NCBI GenBank assembly: GCA_963676795.2
Contig: CAXXTB010000002.1
Coordinates: 1,984,001-2,048,000 of the forward strand
Source of the DNA: Geopsychrobacteraceae bacterium
GTDB taxonomy: Bacteria; Desulfobacterota; Desulfuromonadia; Desulfuromonadales; Geopsychrobacteraceae
Direction: 5' to 3'
DNA length: 64,000 nt
Under the pieces are notes generated by a model. It did no database searches and was not told the origin of the DNA. It saw only the letters and a list, made by a program, of their open reading frames with translations. Positions 48,001 through 58,692 of this stretch are shown one piece after another; the stretch's first letter is position 1, and every line of letters starts with the position of its first letter. The translations under genes and the position numbers were made by a program.

Positions 48001-50082
48001 TTAATCTATAGTAACAATTCGAGGAGTAACGAAAATCAGCAATTCACTCTTTGTTGTTTGAGTTGACTCTGCTTTGAATAGATATCCTAGAATCGGAATG
48101 TTCTTCAACCCAGGAATGCCTCCATCTGAATCATTTTGAGTCTCAACATAAATGCCGCCCAAAACTGTCGTTTCTCCGTCATGAATCAATACTTTTGTTT
48201 GAGCCTTTTGCGTATCAATACTTGGTGCAGTAGCCCCAGTTGTCACAGAAGGAGTGTCGTTTGTCGCTAGAATATCGAGAATAATTGAGCTATCGGGGTT
48301 AATAACTGGCGTCACCTCAAGCTTTAAAACAGCATCAACGAATTCAGTCTTTGTTGCGCCATCTGCGTATGATTGATATGGGATCGTTGTACCTTGACTG
48401 ATGAGTGCTTTTTCACCATTTAATGTTGTTACCCGCGGTGTCGAGATAACTTTTGCCTTGCCGTCTGTTTCCAGTGCAGATATCTGCATATCAAGGATAG
48501 TATCATTGAAAATATTGCCAAATTCTAGCTGAGAATTCAGACCAGCGAGAGAAAGTAGAGTTCCATCGTCATCGACCATATCTACAAAAAAATCGCCGCC
48601 GCCGCCAACCATACCGGAAAGCTCATCATCTGTCCTTGTGAAATACCAATTAATACCTAAATCACGGGTGTAATTAGAATTCACCTGAACAATCCGTGCC
48701 TCAATCATAACCTGGCGTTCAGGAGTATCAAGAATCTTAACCAGCTCTTGAATCTTCTCAATTTTTGCATGGATATCATTAACTATTAGCAGTTTATTTC
48801 TACTATCCTCAGTGATAGAGCCACGATCACTCAAGATTTTCTTAACAGGACCCGAAACACTTTTCAAGTCTGCATAGCTGACAGTAATTACAGCCGTTTC
48901 TAAATTTTCCAATTTCTCCTGAGAACGTTTATTCGCCAACTCAGCCTGTTTCATCTGATTGATCTTTTCCATCGGCAAAATTCTGATAACAGTTCCGTCC
49001 TCAATCGTTCCGAGCCCAAGAACATCCAAGACCAGATCCAGCGCCTGATCCCAAGGGACATCGATTAATCTAAGAGTAATATCGCCCTTAACATCGTCCG
49101 AGGCGATAATATTCATATTGCTGATTTCAGCCAACAGACGTAACACATCACGCACATCGGCCTTATCAAAAACAAGAGAGGTTTTTTCACCTGTGTATAC
49201 CTTCTTCAATGAAGTATTAATTACCTGATTTGACACGACAGGAGAAACCGTAGCAACAGCGGAACCAGTACTGAGTTCGCCATTATCCGCTGACAAAACC
49301 CCGCCAGCAGCAACAGCTGTTGTACCAGTCGACTGGGCCATATCAACGGCATAGGCCCCATCATCAACAACAAGCTCAACACCACCAACTGTTTTCTTCA
49401 GCGAATACTGAACATCTCCCTTCAATTTGGTCATAAAACGGACATTAGGCTTTCCATTGGCATTAACCATATATGCATATGTCGAATAGATCGCACTTGG
49501 AAATGATAACGTGTCAAACTCACGAGACAATGAGCGTGGAATCGTCGTATTTTGGAATTCATACAACAATGTATTATCTGCCTTGATAACATCAGAAACT
49601 TGCACATCTCCATTGATCTTTATAGCAACAATAGATTTGCCTGCGTCTGAAGAAAAATCTATCGAGACAATCTGAGCACTGCCAGAAATCATAGGCTGGT
49701 CTGATGGCACAAGAGGCTCCCAACTGACCGTTGCCTTGTCTGATGCGATATCAACATTGAATACAGGGAATTGATTTCCAGATACATCAAAGACGAACCG
49801 TGATTTATCGGGCAACGCACCTGCCCTTAATCTATCAAAACCATTATACAGTGGAATCGTATCTGCGTGTGATCCAGGGACAACACCGTAAAGATCGACA
49901 ACAAGGCGCTTAGGCCCATCAAGTGTAAAATATTTTACATGATCAATGCCCAGAGTTGATGTCAATTCAACTTTTCTTTCCCCTACGTTTACAACTGACA
50001 TCGAGTCAGCCGCAAAGGACAAAGAGCAAATAACAGTCGAACACATCAGTGCTAAACTGAGGATCACAACGATTCTTCTCAT
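48001..50082 (-). CDS. pilQ: Type IV pilus secretin
   Basis: AMIN domains, VPWDQALD, QVMIEARIV, IPGLKNIPILGYLF, ELLIFVTPRI. Confidence 0.95.
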   Translation of the reverse strand: MRRIVVILSLALMCSTVICSLSFAADSMSVVNVGERKVELTSTLGIDHVKYFTLDGPKRLVVDLYGVVPGSHADTIPLYNGFDRLRAGALPDKSRFVFDVSGNQFPVFNVDIASDKATVSWEPLVPSDQPMISGSAQIVSIDFSSDAGKSIVAIKINGDVQVSDVIKADNTLLYEFQNTTIPRSLSREFDTLSFPSAIYSTYAYMVNANGKPNVRFMTKLKGDVQYSLKKTVGGVELVVDDGAYAVDMAQSTGTTAVAAGGVLSADNGELSTGSAVATVSPVVSNQVINTSLKKVYTGEKTSLVFDKADVRDVLRLLAEISNMNIIASDDVKGDITLRLIDVPWDQALDLVLDVLGLGTIEDGTVIRILPMEKINQMKQAELANKRSQEKLENLETAVITVSYADLKSVSGPVKKILSDRGSITEDSRNKLLIVNDIHAKIEKIQELVKILDTPERQVMIEARIVQVNSNYTRDLGINWYFTRTDDELSGMVGGGGDFFVDMVDDDGTLLSLAGLNSQLEFGNIFNDTILDMQISALETDGKAKVISTPRVTTLNGEKALISQGTTIPYQSYADGATKTEFVDAVLKLEVTPVINPDSSIILDILATNDTPSVTTGATAPSIDTQKAQTKVLIHDGETTVLGGIYVETQNDSDGGIPGLKNIPILGYLFKAESTQTTKSELLIFVTPRIVTID

Positions 50083-50138
50083 ATTAATTCCCCTAGTTTT
50101 TTAAATCTCACAAACCACTGACAACTATACGGACAAGT

Positions 50139-50633
50139 CTACATAGTTATAAAACGCTTTTCCGTGACCCTGGACTTCGTGTATCTGTCGTACCCGGTTT
50201 CTTCAACAACAATCCTATCTGGATTTTTTTCAACCAAAAGACCATTCTCATCAGCGTCAACAGCTCTCGTTTCAATCTTGAGAACCTGTCCGCTTTTAAT
50301 CCCAATATAATCCCCCTCCTTGACTCTGTAGCTTCTGCCATCAGGGGTTGAAACCATGGCGTTAGGGACACCGTTGACAACAACAATCGCCATCAAACGG
50401 AACTGACTAAGCTCATACTTTTCGAGAGGGCCTTTCAATTTTTCCGGGCGATCGATATCGGGCTCAGCGATCTCTTCTTTTTCTTCAACGAGAGGCCGAA
50501 AAGGATCCCGCTTCCCTTCAGGATCGTATGTGTAGCTAGCCTCGTTAGATTGAATTCCCTCTGCATATGAATAAATCGGCGCAAATACAAGGGCAACGAA
50601 AAGAACTACAGCGAGGAAAGAAATACTTTTCAT
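50139..50633 (-). CDS. pilP: Pilus assembly protein PilP
   Basis: YDPEGKRDPF, PLEKYELSQ, position in pilMNOPQ. Confidence 0.9.
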   Translation of the reverse strand: MKSISFLAVVLFVALVFAPIYSYAEGIQSNEASYTYDPEGKRDPFRPLVEEKEEIAEPDIDRPEKLKGPLEKYELSQFRLMAIVVVNGVPNAMVSTPDGRSYRVKEGDYIGIKSGQVLKIETRAVDADENGLLVEKNPDRIVVEETGYDRYTKSRVTEKRFITM

Positions 50634-51241
50634 TTCTTCTTACCTCCCTTTTTATTAGTCTCAGGCTCTGGTGGATTTTCTACAAAACGAAAGGTTACCG
50701 CGCGACAATCGATACTCACGACTGTGTTTCCATCTTTTTTCTTAGGATTATCCAAGGTAAGCCCCTGAATATTTACAATCCGCTCCATTTTACTGACAGA
50801 ATCGAAGAACACAGCGGCCTCATGATAAGATCCGGTCAACTTAAGCTCGACAGGGACTTCAGCATAAAATCCTTTTGCCTGTTCACCCACAGGTTTAAAT
50901 CTCAGGATATCCAAACCCTTATCTCTCGCCAAATCAGCAATATTTGTCAAAAGACTTGGAATCTCCTGCTCCAGAGGCAATTCACCTAGAGCCTTGTCAA
51001 GCTGCAACTGCATTTTTTCGTATTCGGCCTTATATACAGAAAAGTTGTTTGCGATCTTCTGATTCTTTTGCAATTGAACCTGGGCAGCGTCTTTGCGCGA
51101 TATAAGCTTTTTATGCTCTTCCAACTGGTTTTTATAGAATGCAAAATAAAAACCAGCAATGATCAGCAAAAGGACAACTACCACGATCAAAAAACGCTGA
51201 TATACCGGCATATTGAGAATTTTTTCGACACGTGCATTCAT
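50630..51241 (-). CDS. pilO: Pilus assembly protein PilO
   Basis: LP...EIPSLL, FYAEVPV, GSYH, RIVN; start set at ATG 51241. Confidence 0.92.
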   Translation of the reverse strand: MNARVEKILNMPVYQRFLIVVVVLLLIIAGFYFAFYKNQLEEHKKLISRKDAAQVQLQKNQKIANNFSVYKAEYEKMQLQLDKALGELPLEQEIPSLLTNIADLARDKGLDILRFKPVGEQAKGFYAEVPVELKLTGSYHEAAVFFDSVSKMERIVNIQGLTLDNPKKKDGNTVVSIDCRAVTFRFVENPPEPETNKKGGKKK

Positions 51242-51242
51242 A

Positions 51243-51809
51243 TCAGATATCCTGTTTCTTTTCAGGTGCAGGTTTTTCAACATTGCACTTCAACGAAAAC
51301 TTCTGCATTTTCATGTCTGACACAGTTGTCTGCTCCGTGACTGCCAATTTTATATTTCGGTAATACGAAGACGCCTCAAGCTTCTCCATAAATTCAGCCA
51401 CCGTATTCTCGCTGTCAGCCAAACCTGCGATATCAATATTGCCACTTTTCTCTGAAAATTTAGTAATCCACAAACGCTCAGGTAATGATTCGGAAAGATC
51501 ATCCAGTAAGTGGACAGGACCGAACTTATCCTCTTTCAGCTTATTTAATACGTTAAGTTTCTTCTCAAGATCAGCCTTCTTATTTTCAAAATCCTTAACT
51601 TGCCCGATCTTCTTTTTCAACTCCTGGTTTTTCTTATCTATTTGCGAAATTTCCACTTTTATTGAATTCTGCGCAGACTGCTCTTGAATATAAAGACCTG
51701 CACAGCCGATACAAACAAGAATAATGCAAAGAGCAAGAATTGATATTTGGGCACGCAGCTTCTGTTTTTTTTGCGCAGCTCTGACAGGCAGGAGATTAAT
51801 ACGGATCAT
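51243..51809 (-). CDS. pilN: Pilus assembly protein PilN
   Basis: MIRINLLP motif followed by TM and coiled coil. Confidence 0.93.
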   Translation of the reverse strand: MIRINLLPVRAAQKKQKLRAQISILALCIILVCIGCAGLYIQEQSAQNSIKVEISQIDKKNQELKKKIGQVKDFENKKADLEKKLNVLNKLKEDKFGPVHLLDDLSESLPERLWITKFSEKSGNIDIAGLADSENTVAEFMEKLEASSYYRNIKLAVTEQTTVSDMKMQKFSLKCNVEKPAPEKKQDI

Positions 51810-52864
51810 TTGTCACCTACCTTTCTCATTGCCAACCCGGTCGCCACAGAAAACATAGGACCGATCGCATCCAGATATTCCCGATCAAACTCTTTTTCGT
51901 TGATCTTAAGGTTCCTGAAAGGATCTACTTTTTCAACAACGATCCCCATTTTGTTTTCCAGAGCCTTTACGACTTTTTCTGATGAGGAAAGCCCTCCGGT
52001 TAAGAAAACCTTCGAAATTTTATCCTCGCTGGAATTGGCGGCAAAAAAGTCAAGGGAGCGCTGAACTTCATGAACCAGATTTTCAATTGCATCACTCAAG
52101 ACATCGTTAACACTTTCAGGATCAACATCAACTAGGTCAACATCACCTAACTTTACAGTTTCAGCATCTTCGTTGCTAAGGCCAAGGCGCTTTTGCAATT
52201 CTTCATTCAGCAAATTACCACCGACTTGAATATCCCGGGTAAAGACAGATGTATTACCCCGCATCACATTGACACTTGTTGCGGTTGCGCCAAGGTCAAC
52301 AAGAGCGACAAGTTCATTCTCAACAAAGCCATAGTTGTAATCGAACATGTTTTCAACGGCAAAGCAGTCAACATCCATGACCATTGGCTCAAGACCAGCC
52401 TCAGTGAAAACAGCCGAATAATCATCTACGAAATCTTTTTTTGCAGCGACGAGAACCACATTCATCTGCGATGGATCTTTTGGATCTTCACCGAGAATCT
52501 GAAAGTCCAAGTTAACTTCAGACACATCAAAAGGAATGTATTGCTCGGCTTCCCACTGGATTGAAGACTCCAGCTCAGCTTGAGACATGACAGGAAGGGT
52601 TATTTTGCGGATGATAACTGAATGGCCAGAGATCGAAGTCGCGACTTGCTTCGTCTTGATTTTCATAGCCGTGAGCAGATTACGGATAGCCTGAACAACA
52701 GCCGTCGAATCCATAATCGTGTTGTCAACAATAGTCTCCGGCGCTAACGGCATGATGCCGATATTTTCCAGAGAATATGTCCCTCGAGATTCGAGCAAGC
52801 GCACAAGCTTGACAGCACTCGTCCCGACATCAATACCGATAACATTCTTTTTCGAGGCGAACAT
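51806..52864 (-). CDS. pilM: Pilus assembly protein PilM
   Basis: IGIDVGTSAVK, EAEQYIPF, ATGLAMR. Confidence 0.95.
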   Translation of the reverse strand: MFASKKNVIGIDVGTSAVKLVRLLESRGTYSLENIGIMPLAPETIVDNTIMDSTAVVQAIRNLLTAMKIKTKQVATSISGHSVIIRKITLPVMSQAELESSIQWEAEQYIPFDVSEVNLDFQILGEDPKDPSQMNVVLVAAKKDFVDDYSAVFTEAGLEPMVMDVDCFAVENMFDYNYGFVENELVALVDLGATATSVNVMRGNTSVFTRDIQVGGNLLNEELQKRLGLSNEDAETVKLGDVDLVDVDPESVNDVLSDAIENLVHEVQRSLDFFAANSSEDKISKVFLTGGLSSSEKVVKALENKMGIVVEKVDPFRNLKINEKEFDREYLDAIGPMFSVATGLAMRKVGDK

Positions 52865-52911
52865 GCGTTATCCCATCCCCTGATTGTTCGAATTTACAGT
52901 TATGAAACAAG

Positions 52912-53115
52912 CTATTGTTCAGGAAAAACCTTTGCTCTGTCTGATAGCTTCAAACCCAATGCCAATATAATTTTACGCATTGTCTCAAGCCTGCATGGAT
53001 GACCACCTTCGATCCGCGATATCGTCAAAGGAGACACATCCGCCTTTCTTGCAAGCTCAGCCTTGCTCATCAGCATAGACTCACGTAACTTCTTGACGTT
53101 GTTCATCTGCATCAT
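52912..53115 (-). CDS. XRE-family HTH protein upstream of pilM
   Basis: MSKAELARKADVSPLTISRIE. Confidence 0.85.
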   Translation of the reverse strand: MMQMNNVKKLRESMLMSKAELARKADVSPLTISRIEGGHPCRLETMRKIILALGLKLSDRAKVFPEQ

Positions 53116-53263
53116 TAAACCTTATCGAAGCTAATTTATAATCAAATTGTATCTAATTATAGGTCTATGACGTATCTTGTCAAGAAGTATAGCGTTTACC
53201 AATTAATTAATAACAAAAAACAAAGATGGATGCAATCTAATAAGATATCACAAATAAATCTTT

Positions 53264-54040
53264 TCAGAGCAGGCTAAGGTACCAGTCAATAATCATCTGC
53301 CCCCAAAAAAGATAGATAAGAGCAGCCGCAGCCAAAAAAGGTCCAAAGGGAATAACGAAGCGCGTATCACCCTTCTGAATAAGCATAGCAGGAACACCGA
53401 CAACCGTACCCAACAGAGATGATAAAAAAACAACTGGCAATATGGCTTTCCACCCCAAAAATGCTCCGATCATAGCCAAAAGCTTAATATCGCCGCCGCC
53501 CATACCTTCTCGTTTTGCAATTTTTTCATACAGATAGGCGATTACAAAAAGGATTCCGCCACCTATCAGAATACCGAGTAAAGAATCCAGCCAACTGAAC
53601 CAGGGAATAAAAAAAGAGCAGATAAAACCAATAACAATACCGGGAAGACTGATAACATCGGGAATGATCTGATGATCGTAATCGATAAAGGTAATCGTCA
53701 CCAGCACCGCAGCAAACAACCAGTAAATCAAGGTTGCCGTACTGAAGCCGAAATAATAGAGAACCAGCACAAAAAGTAGCCCCGTCAAAGCTTCGATGGC
53801 AGGATAGCGCGCGGATATCCTTATCTTACAGGAGGAACACTTGCCGCGAAGAAAGAGATAACTGAGAATCGGGATATTTTCGTACCAACGGATCGCATGT
53901 CCGCACCCGGGGCAAGACGATGGTGGCGAGATAATCGAATTGCCGACGGGAATGCGGTAGATACAGACATTCAGGAACGAGCCGATAACAGCGCCGAGAA
54001 CAAAGGAAAACGCCATTAATATTAAATACTCAAACTTCAT
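53264..54040 (-). CDS. pilD: Prepilin peptidase/N-methyltransferase
   Basis: GSFLNVCIYR, two CxxC, ID...QIIPD, GMGGGDIKL, PFGPFL. Confidence 0.95.
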   Translation of the reverse strand: MKFEYLILMAFSFVLGAVIGSFLNVCIYRIPVGNSIISPPSSCPGCGHAIRWYENIPILSYLFLRGKCSSCKIRISARYPAIEALTGLLFVLVLYYFGFSTATLIYWLFAAVLVTITFIDYDHQIIPDVISLPGIVIGFICSFFIPWFSWLDSLLGILIGGGILFVIAYLYEKIAKREGMGGGDIKLLAMIGAFLGWKAILPVVFLSSLLGTVVGVPAMLIQKGDTRFVIPFGPFLAAAALIYLFWGQMIIDWYLSLL

Positions 54041-54053
54041 AATAATGTATTGA

Positions 54054-56030
54054 TCAGTCAGAAATCCACACAGCATCATAGCTGTTTCTCATCCTAACTG
54101 CAGAGAAAATTTTCTTAGAAATCAAGCCATCAAGATCTTCTGCAGCTGCTAGTATATTCTTTCTTTCAAAAGGATCTGCTAATACATCATACAACTCCGC
54201 TTCTTTTCGGCCAAATAGATATATCAATTTTTCCCCTGAAGAATCAACATGAGTCAGACAATAATCCTCATAATAACAGCTAGTAATTAACTCTTTATGC
54301 CCCTCAGGATGCTCAAAGATATCTATTCCAGGAAGTATGCCGTCGATCCGGACACCCGCCAAAGCTAAAACGGTCGGCAATATATCAAGATGCTGGTGAA
54401 GACCAGATATCCGGGATGGTGTCGCCAACCCGCCAGGAGGAACGATAATTAAAGGAACACGCATCCCTTCATTGTATGCGGTTCCGTTATGGGCTATCTG
54501 ACCATGTTCACCGAAACCCTCTCCGTGATCACCAGTAATAATTACATACGTGTTTTCTAGAAGTCCCCTACGATCCAAACGCTCTACAAGTTCCCTCAAA
54601 AGAGTATCGCTATACGACAATGCCTGCAGATACGCTTGATGGGCTTCGTCAACTGACGCTATCGGCTCGACATTTCCAGGAGAAGCATATGGATGGTGCG
54701 TTACAACCGTAAGCATCGAAGCAAAAAACGGAATATTATTCTGTCTCCGCGAGGAGATCCACTCGACTATCGGATCAATCAGCGCCCGATCATCCATCCC
54801 CAAATAGCCAAGCTGCTCCCAGTCGGCCCCAACAAAATCATCCTGGGTCGTAAAATGATCGAACTTTAAATTTTCAAGCAACTGTTTCCTGTTTTCAAAT
54901 TCAGCCGGTGCCGCCTGAAAATGAGCACTTGCATATCCGGCCTGCCCGAGCAATTCGGGGAGACACTGAAGATCGGAAAGTCCACCGACCTCTCCCTCCA
55001 GGATTTCCGGGTCAAAACGGGGGAACACACCACAATAGAGACCGACCAGAGCCTTGGAGGTATGAGGTATGGTCGTGTACGCCTGATCGATAACATACCC
55101 CTGCTCCGCATACTGATCAATAAAGGGAGTATGTGACTCTTCCTCCCCCAACTGATCGGCATAGACCCCCACAGCGTCGGCACGGATCGACTCCAGGACA
55201 ATCATCAGAACATTCGGTTTTACCCCCGTTTTTTCGGGTTCCACATGATCGATACGGTAGACCTCTTCATAACCCGCCTTGTTGCGGTATGTTTCAAACT
55301 CCAGCCTACCCACGGCATTGCCAACTGTCGCTCCGGAGAGAATTCCCATCGACCAACCCTGTCTGGCTGACGAGTTCCAGGCCAGCTGCTTATCGGTCAT
55401 GTTCAGGTATGCCCCCTGATAAAGACGCCCCTTCTCGTGAAAAGGTGTAGGTCGAGACAGTTCACGTTGAAAATGAAGATCGGTAGCATAGGAGACCGAA
55501 AGGAAGAAGAGCGGAAGCACCAACGTAACATAAGCGGAATACCTGATCACAGAACGCATACTTTGCAAGGCAGTCACAACAAAACACAGAAAAGCCAGCG
55601 TCTGCAACAGGGGTTTAAAGGTTGAAAAGCTGAACTCGCCCGAGGCGACTGAAAAAAACGAGGAAGCCTCACGAATACCCAGCTCAATGAGGGGAAGGTT
55701 AAGGATCTCCCCGGTTTTAATAAATAAAATCTGCGCAAGAACAGCGAAAACAATGATCAACAGAGCAACAAACAGGAAAAACCAGGATACGGCCTTACGA
55801 AGCCGGGTATTATTACACAGCATCAACAACATTTTATAGAACAGGAGCATCAGGCAGACAATGCCGACATCGGTCAACCCGGCCCCAAAAGCCAGAGAGG
55901 TATCCCACTCCGCATTGACGAGCGGTCGCTCAATCGTCAGGAACACAAGCAATGATGCCAGCGCTAGATAGACGCGAAAAACAAATGAAGAAAGGCAGCA
56001 ACGCCACATATCAACAAACTTTCTTTTCAT
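54054..56030 (-). CDS. LtaS/sulfatase-like membrane phosphotransferase
   Basis: About 5 N-terminal TMs; PNVLMIVLES, T...PHTSKA (Thr nucleophile), THHPY, TGDHGE. Confidence 0.8.
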   Translation of the reverse strand: MKRKFVDMWRCCLSSFVFRVYLALASLLVFLTIERPLVNAEWDTSLAFGAGLTDVGIVCLMLLFYKMLLMLCNNTRLRKAVSWFFLFVALLIIVFAVLAQILFIKTGEILNLPLIELGIREASSFFSVASGEFSFSTFKPLLQTLAFLCFVVTALQSMRSVIRYSAYVTLVLPLFFLSVSYATDLHFQRELSRPTPFHEKGRLYQGAYLNMTDKQLAWNSSARQGWSMGILSGATVGNAVGRLEFETYRNKAGYEEVYRIDHVEPEKTGVKPNVLMIVLESIRADAVGVYADQLGEEESHTPFIDQYAEQGYVIDQAYTTIPHTSKALVGLYCGVFPRFDPEILEGEVGGLSDLQCLPELLGQAGYASAHFQAAPAEFENRKQLLENLKFDHFTTQDDFVGADWEQLGYLGMDDRALIDPIVEWISSRRQNNIPFFASMLTVVTHHPYASPGNVEPIASVDEAHQAYLQALSYSDTLLRELVERLDRRGLLENTYVIITGDHGEGFGEHGQIAHNGTAYNEGMRVPLIIVPPGGLATPSRISGLHQHLDILPTVLALAGVRIDGILPGIDIFEHPEGHKELITSCYYEDYCLTHVDSSGEKLIYLFGRKEAELYDVLADPFERKNILAAAEDLDGLISKKIFSAVRMRNSYDAVWISD

Positions 56031-56929
56031 AACCCATCGCCCCTAACGGCACCATCGACAACCTTGAGGAAATAATCCTCCAGGCTTTTACGTTGCGGTT
56101 CAATTTTTTCGATCTCCTGGCCGGAAGTGACGGCCTGATGCAATTTCGCCTGAAGTTCCCCCTTCAGGACCAGCTCTTTTTGCAGATTCCCGACAGCGTC
56201 ACGCAGACATATCTCAACCTTGGGTGAAGAAGCCTCCAGAAGATGATCGACCCGCTCTTCCACACGCAGCTTTCCGGCAACAATGATCCCCAGCCGGTCA
56301 CAGATCAGCTCGACATCTGTGGTTATGTGCGTGCTGAAAAAGATACTTTTGCCGCGACGCTTCAAATCAAGAATGATCTCTTTCACCAACGCGCGGCCCA
56401 TCGGATCCAGGCCACTCATCGGCTCGTCAAAGATATACAGCTCAGGATCATGAACAAGGGTCTGGGCTATGCCCAGGCGCTGGACCATTCCCTTGCTGTA
56501 GGTTCGCAAAGCCCTGTCTGCAGCAGTCTCCAAACCAACCATTTCCAAGGCACGGCCGACAGCGCCGTCGATCTCCGCCTTGCCATGCAGAAAGCATCCG
56601 GCGACGAATTTCATCAATTCCCGTCCGGTTAAAAAATCGTAGAAGCTTGGGTTCTCCGGCAGATAGCCGAGGTCGCGCCTTGATGCTGCGGAACCGGAGC
56701 GTTGCCCCAACACCGTGGAGTACCCGGCCGTAGGCCGGATCTGCCCGGTAAGAAGCTTGATCGTCGTACTCTTTCCGGCACCGTTCGGCCCCAGAAAACC
56801 GAACACCTCCCCCGCGTAAAGAGAAAGATTCAGGCCATCCAGAGCCTGTACGGTCTTTTTAAGCTTACGGTAAACCTTGCTCAATTCACATGCCTGCAAC
56901 ACTACCCGTTCAGTCACCGGAGTCTCCAT
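56027..56929 (-). CDS. ABC transporter ATP-binding protein (XapD-like)
   Basis: GPNGAGKST, YSKGMVQR, FDEPMSGLD; lies downstream of pilA. Confidence 0.9.
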   Translation of the reverse strand: METPVTERVVLQACELSKVYRKLKKTVQALDGLNLSLYAGEVFGFLGPNGAGKSTTIKLLTGQIRPTAGYSTVLGQRSGSAASRRDLGYLPENPSFYDFLTGRELMKFVAGCFLHGKAEIDGAVGRALEMVGLETAADRALRTYSKGMVQRLGIAQTLVHDPELYIFDEPMSGLDPMGRALVKEIILDLKRRGKSIFFSTHITTDVELICDRLGIIVAGKLRVEERVDHLLEASSPKVEICLRDAVGNLQKELVLKGELQAKLHQAVTSGQEIEKIEPQRKSLEDYFLKVVDGAVRGDGL

Positions 56930-57791
56930 GCTTGGTATCTGACTTGTATTTCAAGGCGAAATTGCTCGTCGAACGAACCCGCCCCTGATCATCGAGAAAA
57001 AATCGCCCTCCGTAAGGATCGGCAGGCGCATCCGGAAGCAGCCCCTCGCGCATCAGGTCCTCAAGCGACCCGGGCAGATGCCCCCATCGCTCACGATAAG
57101 CGGCGACGGCAAGGTTGATGCGCTGGACAGACTCCAGGGCCACGCGCCGCATCCGATACAACTCCGCTTCACGTCGCGTATGGCTGAACTCTTCCATGCG
57201 CCGCAGAAACCTGATCGCCAGCTCGACATTGCCCGATTCGTAAAAATAGCGTGACGCCAATCTGGCCATTGCCGCACTCTCGCCAACCTCCGCGGCGCGG
57301 GACATGTAGCGGCTGGCCGCGTCATAATCGTGCAGAAAATAAGCGGCGTTGAACCCGGCAAAAAAAGGGAGCATCTTATCCCAGGACCGATGCTGCATGC
57401 CAAATTCAAGCATCTCGTTCACCTTGCGGTACTGCCCGACATCCCAGGTGAAGATAGCCTGGGTGAAGTAATAGGGGTCGGCATTATAGGGATCCAGGCG
57501 GGTCGCCGAGTTCAACAGTCGGTACATACTGTCATAATCGGCCCCCTGCTGAATCTGGTTTCGCCACCGGTCGACCAGATGGCCGAAATAGAACATCACC
57601 TTGAGGTTCAATAATGCGGCAACGCTCTGCCGGTGTTCGCCGCCAACCAGTTTCAGGAAATCGGCGTTCGGGACAAACCCCAGACGGACCGCAACAGGCC
57701 TGTTTTTTGCCGATTCTGTAATCCCATGATTCAGACAGACCATAGAGAGGAACAGGCAGACCAGAACGGCGGCAATCAAAACAGGCTTCAT
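56910..57791 (-). CDS. Membrane-anchored TPR-like protein of the xap-type locus
   Basis: N-terminal TM, LDPYNADPYYF helical repeats, C-terminal P.SLEDL...P.DPYGG. Confidence 0.7.
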   Translation of the reverse strand: MKPVLIAAVLVCLFLSMVCLNHGITESAKNRPVAVRLGFVPNADFLKLVGGEHRQSVAALLNLKVMFYFGHLVDRWRNQIQQGADYDSMYRLLNSATRLDPYNADPYYFTQAIFTWDVGQYRKVNEMLEFGMQHRSWDKMLPFFAGFNAAYFLHDYDAASRYMSRAAEVGESAAMARLASRYFYESGNVELAIRFLRRMEEFSHTRREAELYRMRRVALESVQRINLAVAAYRERWGHLPGSLEDLMREGLLPDAPADPYGGRFFLDDQGRVRSTSNFALKYKSDTKHGDSGD

Positions 57792-57793
57792 GC

Positions 57794-58591
57794 TCAGACC
57801 TCGCGCCGTGTGAACAGGACAGAGGCAATGCCCAGCACAAAGACAATATAGACGATCCCGTACAGTGCGGAGAGCAAGAGATCATGTGCCGGAAGCTCCA
57901 GGCTGTAGGTCGCGTAGACCTGGAAATCAAAGACAGAGAAATTCGGCAGTAAAAAATACAGCCCCTTGACAACCCAGACAAAGAGGTCCGAATACCTGTC
58001 TGTTCCCTGCAGGACATACTCATAAACCTGCCTCGAGGCACTCCCGACCAGATAGATGGCAAAGGTTCCGAACACGGGCAGAAAGAACGACGTGCTGAGG
58101 ACCGACAGCAGGTAAGAAAAGGAGAGCAGCAGCAGATACTTGAGACCGACCATCCCGTAAGCCAGGTAAAAGCTCAGCCACTCAACTGCTTTATCGCTTC
58201 GATACTGCTGGGCCAGGATCAGAATGCAGCAACTGCTGACAAGCGCCAGAACCAGAACAATGACAAGCATGAATATGGCCAGGGCCGCGTACCTGGCCAG
58301 GACATAGCTTTTCCGCGATATCGGCAGGGTTAAAAGGGGAATGACATGCCGACGGTTGAGATCGTTCCAGATGGAGGTCGAGCCGAGAAAGACGACCAGA
58401 ACCAGCAGGAAGACGCTGGTGCAGGAAAAGGACAGGGTGATCGCCAGCTGCTGGACCTGGCGCATCGAGAACTGGCTGACAAGAGGCAGCGAAAATACCA
58501 TCAGCAACGAGACAACGAACAGGCTCCAGAGGACCTTATCCCTTATCAGGCCAACACCAAAGAGCCTTACCTGTACAATAAACGCCGCCAT
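57794..58591 (-). CDS. ABC transporter permease (xap-type)
   Basis: 6 TMs, LLTLPISRKSYVLARY, LLPNF; start at ATG 58591. Confidence 0.85.
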   Translation of the reverse strand: MAAFIVQVRLFGVGLIRDKVLWSLFVVSLLMVFSLPLVSQFSMRQVQQLAITLSFSCTSVFLLVLVVFLGSTSIWNDLNRRHVIPLLTLPISRKSYVLARYAALAIFMLVIVLVLALVSSCCILILAQQYRSDKAVEWLSFYLAYGMVGLKYLLLLSFSYLLSVLSTSFFLPVFGTFAIYLVGSASRQVYEYVLQGTDRYSDLFVWVVKGLYFLLPNFSVFDFQVYATYSLELPAHDLLLSALYGIVYIVFVLGIASVLFTRREV

Positions 58592-58613
58592 AATCTCTCT
58601 TCCGATTCCAATT

Positions 58614-58641
58614 AAAAAAGGGCGAGTAAACCCGCCCTTTT
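58614..58641 (-). terminator. Terminator after the pilA-N/pilA-C operon
   Basis: AAAAGGGCG...CGCCCTTTTTT on the minus strand. Confidence 0.8.
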
Positions 58642-58692
58642 CATGTACACATCCAGCATCAAACAATCAGTTAGTTTCGTGCTAAAACACCA

